A stretch of 64,000 nt of DNA from Candidatus Omnitrophota bacterium (GTDB taxonomy: Bacteria; Omnitrophota; Gorgyraeia; 2-01-FULL-45-10). The DNA is taken from positions 69,849-133,848 of the forward strand of contig JAPLME010000012.1 of NCBI GenBank assembly GCA_026387175.1, read 5' to 3'. Positions 49,101 through 61,100 of this stretch are shown piece by piece. Both the position numbers and the translations under genes were made by a program. Position 1 is the first letter of the stretch, and each line of letters opens with the position of its first letter. Under the pieces are notes generated by a model. The model had not been told where the DNA came from. It made no database searches and saw only the letters and a list, made by a program, of their open reading frames with translations.

Positions 49101-52100
49101 CAACCCCAATGACATGACTCTCGCCATATTGAGAGCGCAAAAGGCTGAGGTGGCGGTGCCTGCCGCTGCGCCGGCTATATTATTAGAGGAAGCCAAGGCT
49201 CCGGCACCGGTTGAGCCGGCTGAATTACAGTTGCCCGCCGCAATACCGCCAGTTGTGGAGATTATCCCCGGTGAAACTGACATTCAGAAAAAAGCTCTTC
49301 AGGTGTTCGGAGAAGTTCGCGGGATACCTGCGGAGAAATTGAGTTATAGGAAGGGACAGATAGAAGCGGTCGAGGCGATGAAAGAAGGGAAATTCGCTGA
49401 ACTGCGAACAGGCGGTGGTAAGACGCTTACCGAGGGCGTGACTGCGCTCGAAGTGCTCAATGATCCTATTCGGCAAACGGTATGGCCGGGTGAAAAAGTC
49501 CTGATAATGACTCACGAAGACAATCTTACCGAACAGGCAATGGTGAAGGATAAGATGGGCGCTATATTGAGCAAGTGCGGCGCTGTGACAGGGTTTATTC
49601 TTCCGAAAGTTATGGCTAATGGAAGCGTTGCCGAGATCGGCGTAATATTCGAGAATGGGGTGGAAGTTGAGAGTGAGGCCGCTATCGACAAGGTTTTCGA
49701 GCGCTGCGATATCATATATGGTAAGTGGGACAGGTTCGTCCATCGTAATATGAAGGAGAGGCTTGGGACCGATACTCTCGAGATGAATACGAACAAGTAT
49801 TTTACACTCTTTGATGAGGCGGATCTGATGCTCGTATTTGGTTCCGCGACGCCGTGCATTATATCAGGCAAAGATATGGACGATGCTGAGAAGCGCCTTG
49901 CTGTACGCAAGGGGATAAACAGTATAGTTAAAGAGATGGTATTAAAAAATCAAAAACGCTATTTATATATTCCGCAAGGGACAAGAGAAGCATATTTGAC
50001 TGACAGCGGAGAGCAGGCAATCGAGAAGAAGATCCGGGAATTATATAAAGACAATGAATATAAAGAGCTTCTAGATATAGCGGTTAAAAACTGGAAGATC
50101 TTTGCCATGGACGCGTTACAGGCGAACCTTTTCTATAAAGTTGACGAACAGTACTTCCTTAGAACGGATGAGAAGGGAAAAGTCATTGGTGTTGATGTTT
50201 GCGACACGGACACTAAAGCCAGAAAGACCGGCATGTCTTTTGGCGAAGGTCTTCAGCAAGCCATAGAAATTTCCGCAGGTGTAGCGGACGCGAATTTAAC
50301 TCCCGAAACGTATACTTCGATGTCGATGGCTATAGGCAATTTCCTCTCGAGAGATATTATCACAGATTACGCGGGCGCCAGCGGCACAATGGAAAAAGAG
50401 CGTTTTGAGAATATGTATATGGATAAACACGGCAAAATCAAAACCGTGCTCAAGATAGAAGGTGAATCACAGACGCTGGATAAGAGTGCCGGCCACACGG
50501 GATTTAATACAAGGGAAGAGAAGTGGGCGGCCCTGATAGATAGATTGCCTGCAAAGATGTCCCTTGGACAGCCAATCCTAATAAAGATTGAATCGGATGC
50601 CGAGATGGCAGAGCTAAAGAAGTATATAGAGGCTAATATGGCTTCTATGCTGGCTGAGCGAGGAACGATAATAAATCTGGCCAGCGGCAGGAATGCTGCA
50701 GAGTTTACTGAAAATATAGCCAAAGCCGGATATGGAAATGTTATAACGATAGTTACCAATATAGCGCATCGCGGTATCGATATAGAGATAAAGGGCCGTT
50801 TCCTTAATAATGACGGAACCGAAGGCGCCAAAGTGCCGCCGATAGATAAAGATGCCCCCGGGTTGCACGTAATATCGACTTATTTGGATGAACCTGAGGC
50901 ATTCGAGATCCAAACTCAGGGCCGCGCGGATAGAGGCGCCAATAAAGGTTCGTGGGAAGGGCTATTCTCGTTAGATGAAAAAATATTTACTGAGCATGTC
51001 ACTCTATTGGACCAGCAGATAGCCGCGCTGCGTAATGCGGTGGGGAAAGGTGATAAGACCGCTATCGACGGGCTTATGGCAGCGGATGGGCGCACAGTAA
51101 GACTGGGTTTAATAGCTGAGATCAGAGACAGGATAGTGAGTGAGCAGAGCCGCAATGATGAGAAACGCCGCGAATATGAGAACGAGGTATTCGCATATCA
51201 GGAAAAGATCCTGGGTCTTCTTAATATAACAACATCGCGTGACGAATTTATAAAATTCCTTAAGGCGATAGGCGCCTATGATGGTATAGTGAATAATCTC
51301 AAAGAGGGTGAGACGATCGATGAGAAGATAGCCGTTCTGGCACAGTTGACTGTTTCCGTGCTGACCGATGAGATGAGTAAATTCCAGACGGAACAGCAGG
51401 TTATCCGGAAACGGCTTGACTATCTGGCCCGGGAAGCAAGGCTGGGATTGAGGCCCGCTCTTATACAGTTCAATAAGGAGATAGCGAACCTGGCGTTACT
51501 TGCCAGGACTTTTGACGCCAGGATAAAAGATGCCAAAGCATTCGTGTCCGCCATTATTGCCCAGGACATGGGAGATAAAGTCGAGAATGTGGCGGAGACC
51601 GGGAAACGGAGCTTGCGCGATCTTATCTCCACCAACTTTATCAAAACATTCGCATCCATAATTATGATCGTAGGAGCAGGTTTCCTGACGGCTAAATACG
51701 GCTTCTCTTCGCTGGCTGATAGCATACTGCAGCCCTTAGTCACGCTGTTGACGGCGCATCCTCTCCTAGCCGGTATTGCCGCGGCGATGATGCTCATCTC
51801 GGCTGTATATTTAAAACAGCTTTACGGTAAGAAGATAGGCGTGCTCGATACATCTAATACGGAGTTCCTGAGATTCACAGTCGGCGTAGGCAGAGGGAAC
51901 TTCTTCAAGGCTTTTGGCCGATGGACAGGCATAATGGCCTTACAGATCCTTGCAGGTCCCGGACTATTTGTTGGCGCCGGCACGCTGATAGCCGCGATAG
52001 CACATCCTATACTTGCGGTGGGATCAGTAGCGCTTCCGCTTGCGCTGGTCACAGTAACACTTGCGCTCGCGGCCAATATAACCCTTATCGCGATATTTAA

Positions 52101-55100
52101 GTCGAAACTCGAAACAGTCAGAGATATCACGCCTACGCGCTTCCAATCAGGGTTCAATACATTCGTGAGGGCGCTGGCCATTTCTATAGGCGTCGTCTTT
52201 GCATTGCAGATGGCCGGCGGTATTCTCGCCACCACTCTCATCTCGCTTGGTTTTATAGTCGTGACTGCGGTGGTTGCCGGCTTGGTGGCCAGAAGTATCG
52301 AGAATAGATCTTACAGAGCGAAACTGCCGGTATTTATAGGCGGAGCCTACGGTATTATCGCGGCAGTGGGTCTTATAGTCTTGTCCGCAATATTCGGAAC
52401 GCCCGCTGTATTCTCCTCGGCCCTTATCATGCCGCTCATATCCATTCCGGTCGCGGTTATCGGGATAGCGATGATGATATTGCAGGTGGTCCAGGCGCGC
52501 AAGGTGGCCTTGGAAGCTGAACGCGCCGGCCAGAGTTACTGGAGAACTTTAGCGGAATCGTTCGTGCCAAATTCGCGCAATATATTGATGTACGCTATGT
52601 CGCTACCGGCCGTGTTTATACTATTCAGCGGAGCTGTTCCAGCGCTGATATTTGTGGGCGCGGTAGGGTTTGGAACTCTCCTTATTAATAAATACAGCGT
52701 GAACATCGAGAAGATGACCGGCCGTAAGATGTCGGAAACTATTTCAGGAATGGCAGGACAGGCTATAATGTTATCGGCAGGCGCCGCTCCGATGGTGGCC
52801 TACCCGCAGGCCGCGTATTCTGCGCAGGTGGAGAGCTTAAAGGCCGGTCTGAAGCAGGGCGCGATGGACCGAGCTGCCATAGCCGCCGCTGAAACTATAG
52901 GCAAATATTCTCCGAAGCAGTTCTCCGGATTCGAAAGATTGAGCAATAATATTAGCAGTGTTTTTGATGATATCATGAATGGGAAAGCGGTTGTGGCGCC
53001 TGAAACACTTCAAATTACCGCACCCGCGGCTCCGCAAGTTACTGAAAAAGCTATTGAAGAGCAAGTGAAGCCGAAGGAGAAGCCTCAGGTCGGCGAAACC
53101 CCCGGTGGCGGCACTGCAGGACAGGGCCCTGCAGCAGGGCCCGGCGCGGGTGGAATTCCTCCGCCACCGCCTGTTATTCCCGAAGTGCAACCTGCTCCTG
53201 AGCAGATTTCGCCTGTGCCTACGCCTGTAAGGATGGAAAAACCGGATCTTGCGAGTGTCTTGAAGGATGCCCGGGAAAGTAACCTCGCTGTCGCGAAACT
53301 CGTATCCCCGCTCGCAAATTTTATAAATCAGGGTAATGTTATAAGCAATGTTGGTGGCCCCACCGATAACCCAAACATCCTGATAATCCGAAATATTCTT
53401 AAAGCTCTGGATTATAATCTAGACGGAGAGGCTGTCGCAGCGCTCCAGGAAAAGCATAACCTCGCGAAACAAGATGGAAAGATCGGCCGCGAAACTATGG
53501 CTGCGCTAATAGGAGAGCTATTAGCGCTGGATAACAGCGCGGATGTCGCTAAAACGATAAGCAAGAACACCGCTATGGAAATAGCGTCCCTTCGGGAAAA
53601 AGCGGCAGAGGTCGAAAAGAAGCAATTTGCCGGCGCGGCAGGGGTTAATCAAGCTGGAGCTAATCCAAAACTTCTTGATAATATGGCAGCGCTCCAAGAG
53701 GAGATATACGCTAAGTATGGCTGGCGGTTCTACAAGCTTAGCGTAGTGCGGACGAAAGAAAGAGAAGCCATGGTCGTTAAGAAACACTATAAGGATCTTA
53801 AGTATAAGGATAGCGAGAAGATAGCGGAGCTCGCCGATTATATCATTGATCCCGCAAATTCTCTGCTTCCCGCTGATGAGGCGAATCAACTTAAGGCGAG
53901 ATATCCTGATGTTGAGCGGCTTATTAACAACAGCCCGCATGTTAGAGGGATCGCCATGGATATCTATTTAATAGATGAAAATGGGATAGTTCGCGATTCA
54001 CATGTTTCCGCTAATCGTTATATGTATGATATAGTCGGCAAGCTTGCGGCGGAAAAATACGGCATGATATATGGCGGCAATTTCAAAGGCCTATTCAAAG
54101 ACGACACTATGCATTTCCAGCTTGATCCTCGTAATCTAGCAATTGAACTGGCCAAAGAGGAAGCTGCCGCGGCCAAAGAGCCAAAGAAGGTTACGAAGAA
54201 GGCAATGGAAAGAAAGCCTCGCGCCGGGCTTGACGAAGCATTCAAGAGAATAGAGAATTGGGCAGGAAAGGTGGCAGCCACCGTTAAGTCTGCAGCCGAT
54301 AAATTAACATTAACGCCTATGGGATTTCCGATCTGGGGAACTTCGGCCGCATGCAGTCCGTCGAACGGGGAATATTTAATTGCCGGAGGCCCGCTTGGCA
54401 GTATAGGTAAAGCTGACAAGTGCTATGTTTTTGGTAGAGAAGGAATTATAGCCCCTCATGCGAGTTTCCTCGCCCTTGACGTAGCGCCTGCTGAAGCGAT
54501 GTGGAATATAGACGAAATGATAAAATTATATCCTCAGGTGCTCGGTAAATACGGAATGTATGATTCCGTAAATGCGAAGAACGAACAATCCTCCAGACAG
54601 TATGTAGCGGTCAACCAGGCCATGAGTTTCATAGCTATGGTCAATTGCCTAAAAGGTGGAGTTATACAAGACCGTTTTGCCTCAAATGCAGCTATCAAAA
54701 AGTCAATCAGCTTATTGAACGAGACGTTCGACAAGATAGAGACTCCTGCCGGCCTATCACTCGATAGAAACATTTCTTCGGAAGACAGGAATAGGCTTCT
54801 GAGTATAGCTCAAAAGACCTGGGACTACTTTAAAGATAACGTTAATGAGAGCACAAACTGGCTGCCGCCAAACATGATAGATTCGCGAGGAGCCGCCGTT
54901 AAGCATACTTCCATAACCGACATAGGGCTCTACCTTACAAGCATTGTCGGAGCAAAAGAATTAGGGCTTATCGATGAGGCTGAGGCCAGGACCAGGATCA
55001 TCAACACTATAAATACTCTCAAGAAATTGGACAAGTGGAACGGGCTATACCGGAACTATTATCATACGGATGACTTGAAGTCCGTGACAAAGGGAGACAG

Positions 55101-58100
55101 GCACATCTCTACCGTTGACAATGGATGGCTCGCCGCAGGCCTTATAATTGCCGGTGAGACATTCCCTGGATTACAGGCAGAGACGGCAAACATCGTCATG
55201 AACATGAAGTTCGATAAGTTGTATGATGCTAAAGAGCAAAAGTTCGCCAATGGATATGACGAAGATACAGGGCTGACAAAGTCGCACTATGGACTTATCT
55301 ATACCGAGATACGCCCGGCGTTACTGATAGCGATAGCAAAAGGCGATATACCTAAAGAAGCCTGGCTGAAGACATCTAAGACATTACCCGAAGCGTGGGA
55401 TTGGCAGGCCCAGAAACCGAAAGAAGGCTATTACGAACACCGGGTTAAGACGGGCGTAGGAGTTGAGACGGCCCATTTCATCCCTTCATGGAACGGCACT
55501 ATGTTCGAGGGTCTGATGCCGAACATGATTTTAAATAATAGAACGCTTTCACCGAACGGCTACGCGAAACAGGACGCGATGTATGTATTCCTGCAGAAGT
55601 ATTTCGCTACGGGATTCCGCGAGGTAGCGCCGCCGGTTACTGAAACGCCAACACCAGTTACCCAGCCACAGGTGGCACCAGCGCCAGCTGCTCCGGAAAA
55701 GGGAGAGATACCGCAGTTCGCGGATCTTGCGAATGCTTTAAAATATGCCCGGGAAAATAATCCTGCCGTCGCAATCCTTATATCGAGACCATCTAACTTC
55801 ATAAATCAGGGTAATGTTATAAAGAGGACCAAGAGCCCTGGTATTGATCCAAACACTAAAGTGATTCAGGGCGCTTTGATCTCGCTCGGCTATGATCTAC
55901 CGAAGTATAAAGATGACGGAATATACTGGACGGAGACGGAAGCCGCGGTTAGAAAATTCCAGGAAGATCACAGACTAGCAAAGCGTGATGGAAAAGTCGG
56001 CCGCGAGACGATGACTTCCTTAATAAGAGAGCTGCTATTACGCGAGAGTAAGGCAAGACCTACTCCAATTGAGACGGCCGTTACTCCGGTTGCTCCATCT
56101 GCTAAGCCGATCGTTATCGCAGCTCCCAAGCCTGCTGTTACCGCGGTCCCTTCACCCGCCAAGCCGGCCGTGACCGTTCCGCAGGCTAAGCCAACTGTTA
56201 CTGCAGTTCCCCGGCCCGCTGAACCGGCTGTGGCTATCGCACCGGCTAAGCCAGCTGTCTCCGTGGTTCCTTCATCCGCCAAGCCGGCCGTTACCGCGGC
56301 GCCTAAGCTCGCTAAACCGCAAGTCAGCCCGGCTCCGGAAACCGCTGTAGCCGCAACTCCGGCGGAGTTAAAAGCCGCGCGGCAAGCACTCTTCAGAAAG
56401 AAGGGAGAGTATGGCGCTGAACTATCGAAAGCAACCAGAAAGCTTGACGAACTAAAAGAGGTTAAGGTAAGAGCCTCTGCGCAGATTAGCGGTAATCTTA
56501 AAGAGCTTGACAGGGAAACAATTCCTGCCGGGGCATTGGTCCCGACCGGTCCGCAGCGTAGGGTATCGTTCAGGGATGCTTCTGAAAATAGCACTGCATC
56601 AGCTGATGCCGAGATGAAGAGGCTCAGGATAACAAGGCAGGAACTTCTCGCGAAGCGCACATCGCGGTTATATTGGCCGGAAGTCATCGGTTTTGCGGGC
56701 ATTGGTTTCCCGGGGGCCGCATTTGTAGGAGTGACTGTAAGTCATTGGCTGAAATACCCTGGACGAGAGACTATAGTAGAGAGCGCCGAAATGAAAACTG
56801 AGCGGGCGAAGCAGGAAGAAGCCTTGTTCAAGAGGCAGCTTCTCTTCGGATTGACCAGGGCGTTCGGCCTTTGCCAGATAGCGGAAAAGGAGCTTGACGC
56901 CGCCCAGGTCTCATATAAAACAAGCTTAGAAGCGCTAAAGACGGCGCTTGCGCAGTTTGAAAAAGGGGAACTTACGAAGGGCGAGCTGGAGAATTTAAAA
57001 GCGAAACAGAACGAAGCGAACGTCAGGTATCTGAAAGCGCAGCAGGCATCGAGAAACGCGAGAGAGCTGGTAAAGTCATTAGCAGGCTATGACGTTAGAG
57101 AAGGAGTGGAGATAGATACTTCAGTTTCGCCGGATAAAGAATTTGCCAGGGAACTGGAAAAATTGGAAGACAGGAACAGGCAACCCCGTATATTACTTAA
57201 AGTCTTGGGTATTAAGGACCAGACATTGAATACCCTTTTCGCTATGGAGCAGCGTAATACAGCAGTAAAGTTAAATGCCCGCGCGACGCTCAATTTAGGC
57301 GCTGTAACGAGCGCCAATTTCGGAGTCGGATTTGAGATCACTCTCGGTAAAGATGTAGATCTCCAGCTCCGCCAATTAGAGGAGAGGCTGGCGGAAGGCA
57401 AATATATTCAGGAATTGAGAAACATGTACTTGGAAAGTGCCGAACTGATGCATGGTTTGAAACTGTATAACGACACATTAGCGCGGCTCGTAAAGATAGC
57501 TAAGAACGCGAGAGAAAAGGCGGAAGAAGATAAAGTAAAAGCTAAAAATAATATTATTTCACAGGATGATTATCTAAAGAAAGAATTGGAAGCGATAAGA
57601 GCCGAGGTGCTGGTAAAACAATTCAAGGCTTTGATAAAAAATGTTCGCAGCATGCTGGCGGAACTGGGCATCGAATCAAATGACATACCCCGCAATCTCT
57701 CGGAGGAGAATATGCTCGTCGCCGCTAAAGAGTTGATGCGGCGCAGAGCCAACGAATCGATATTATATCTAAAGGCATTAAAGACTCCCGAGAGCACACT
57801 TCGGAAGATAGACGAAAACGTCAATAACCTTTTAGCGGATAGATCGTTCTATCGCGAGGCCACGAACAGATGGGTAGTAGAGGAAGCGGAGATCTTCGAA
57901 AAGATACAGAAGAGAATAGTTTCGGAAGAGATTATGAAGAACAAGTCTTTAAAAGAACGCGTTCAGACATTGAGCGCCGGCTATACATATACAAGAGAAC
58001 AAGCTGTTGCGCAGCAGACTCTTTCCACAGGACAGGCGCCTATCGGAGGAGGAGGCGGCGCGCCGATAATTCAGCCGTGGCCGTCAACAGCCGTTTCTTC

Positions 58101-61100
58101 TACAGGAGCCGCTCCTTCTGCAGGAAGCAACCCTTCCACAGGAGCCGCTCCTTCGGAGCCGAGCGCTGCCACTACGTCCGGCACGCTTTCAATGGGCGCC
58201 GTTATACGAGTAGCCGATCCCGCATTCAAAGCGAGAATTGCTTACAGAGGCAGCCTCCAAGAAATGTTCAATGCGTATGTAAGGGCGGCAAAGAGCGATC
58301 AGATGATAGAGGCTGAGAGGGCTCAGATCGATGAAGAATTGCTAAAATTCGAACTGCGGGAAGCCAAGAAAAGGCTGGATCTGGCGGTAAGATTAAGAGA
58401 GCTTCGCGATCGCCAGGATAAGGATCAGAAAGTAAGGATAGATGCCGCCGGAAAAGATTTCGACGTTCATAATAACGAACTTCAGGCGAAGAACGATGTT
58501 GCCGATCTTGAACGAAGGCTCAAAGAAATACAATTTAAATATTCCGTGAGAAAGAGTTCGCTTAAATACGGCGTGGATCTTACCGCGGAAGTCGATAAGC
58601 TCATAAAGACATTGGAGTCGATAGATCGGGTGGTCGATATAGCCGATAAGGGAGAGCCATATGATCTTTCTATAACTGGAGAAAATAATATAAAGAATAA
58701 GAGCTGGTGGATAGGCTTGCAGTTGCCTTTCCCCATATGGTTTACAAGCAGGTGGGCCGCTAAAAAGATCAATGTCAAACAAGTGAAAAAAGACCAGCAG
58801 TTGGAGCAGGAGAAAGCAGCGAGTGTAATAATAGGGTGGATAAATGATGATCTGAAAACCGATAATGATCTTACAACCGCCAAGGCGAATGTTAAAGGGG
58901 CGGAGGAGATGATAGCGAAGATCACCAAAGAATTAGACAGGTTAAAAGGAAAAGGCTCGCGAGAAGATATCGTTCTTCGTATAGAGATGGACCTTGCCAG
59001 ATCCAGGATGGCGCTGGAAAATGCAAAAGGAGTTTTAAAGAAAGCAGGGCTCGTAAAAGAACGATCGAAGAAGATCCTTACGGCACTGGACAACTCTCTC
59101 AGAAGAACAGACGATGTTTTGATGGAGTCGCCTTCTGTGACTAAGCTAAAAGATTTTGCGAGAGAGGCATTGAGCCAAAAACGCAGAGGCGACAAGATCT
59201 CGATCACATGGGAAAAGTTTAAAGAGCTGGCGGAAAAGAATGCTGTCCCGGTCAAAATCGCTACCACCGAAAAAGAGAAGAGCGAACTGGAGCTGACGAA
59301 GAAAAAATTGACGGCCCGTCTACCGTACCTCTTCCTTGGAGCCCCTTATGCGCCGGGCGCCGGAAACGACACTTTCCGCTATGGCCTTACGGCTTATACC
59401 GACCCTTCAAGATGGTTTGAGCTCACCAACCCCGCCATTAAAGAGGCCAGGCTCGAAGATATGATAAAACAATTGGATAGCGAAAAGGAAAAGCTTAACA
59501 CGAGATTAGATATAGACGGCGCATACGGAGCCTACAGAGTCGCGCTTGTGAAAGCGGAATCCCTGAAATCTATACTTAAGAAGATGAGAGAGCAAAGATC
59601 GCGCATGGAAGCGCATACCAGGATATATCCAGAATCCGGCGGCGAAGCAGTCAATAGATATGATGTCCTTATCGCGGATACGGAAAAGACGCTGAGAGAT
59701 ACGACGGCTCAGATCAATGATCTCAAGATAAAGATGATGAATATGCTGCAGAGCGTAGGCGATATAGATTTTAAGGATGAGTCCGGCAGATCCGTAGGAT
59801 TGGAGAAGGTAGATTTTGATGCTATCTGGCCCAAAATAGAGGCCGGCCACCCCGATATAAAAGCGCTCAAACTTAGAATAGATAAAGAAGAAGTCTCCGC
59901 AAGGGCCGTATTGCGCGACAATTGGTGGACGGAGCTTTCAATTTCGCTCGTAAACAGCGAAAAATTAACGCCAGGGCTGAATTTAGTTTTAAATGTCAGG
60001 TTGAACCCGAGCTATTGGGAAAATAACGCGGAAAAGATCAGGGTAAAGGAAGTAAAGGAAGAGCTTAGAAAGAACCTTTTTGAATTAAGGCGTAAGATAG
60101 ATGACTCTATATCGAGACGCGCCAATCTTATTGCATCGATAAAGTTGGCAGAAGGTGTTTACAAAGAGAGAGCGCGTATGGTGGTGGAGGAAAGAAAGAA
60201 CTACCTCAACACCACTATTCCCACGGACAAATTACGCGAGAGAGAATACGATCTTCTGGAGGCCCAGAAGGAATACTTTGCGCAGCTTGCGGAACTCCGT
60301 ACAATAGACGCGCAGTTAAAAGATATTGTGGAAAAAGTAGGCGGCAGGATAGAAGAGACCGGCGTGGAAGAGGTTAGGAAAGATATAGTGCGTACTGAGG
60401 AACTCAGCAATGATTTTGCGGATCTCGGCGCGCAGATAGCTATGGCGGAACAGGCCAGACGAGTGGCTTCAAGGGGGATCAAATGGGTCGATAAAGCTTT
60501 AAATAGATTATCGAAAGGCATTACGCCGGAAGACGATCTGGCCGCAGCTCTCGTAAAGACGATGGAGAAGAGTGCTTCGATCGAAGTCAACGCAGCCAAT
60601 TTAAAAGAAGCCGGATATATATCCAGGGAGAAAATGGCCGAGATAGCCGTGCTTATGGGAATGCCGAAGACCCGGGCCCAGGAGCTTGAACGCGTTCAGG
60701 ATCTTCTCAGAGTAGTCTTTGATAGATATAGAAAAGCGCATAACATGACAAAAGATGAAATGTCGGCATATATAGGCAACTTCATATATTTCGCCCGGAC
60801 CATCCTGCCCAAAGTCAAGACAATCGAAACGTTACCCGAATTTGTCGGCACCCAATTCGCGTTCGTGGATAGAGATGAAACCTTAAGTTACAAAAAGCTC
60901 GGGCTGGTAAGCTACTACGCAAGGCGGGCGACCCTTCTTCTGTCGCCGGGATACAGTTGCGAAGGGAAAGGCCAGGGCGCGGCCAGAGATACGCTAGTGA
61001 AGAAAGAGGCCCCTGAAGATATCAAATTCTTAAATATGTATGACAGGATGGCCAAAGGCGGGACCTTAACCGCCGCCGATTACGAGCAATATATAAAATG

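Noticed and set aside
44257-59267. Minus-strand ORFs inside the giant gene (for example 44257..44700, 51822..52241, 55968..56702 at 244 aa, 58482..59267 at 261 aa) and + strand out-of-phase ORFs (43652..43894, 48033..48311, 57870..58316).
   Set aside because: All are short, lack SDs, have low-complexity or odd composition, and are fully overlapped by the continuous, domain-rich phase-43189 frame. They are shadow ORFs.
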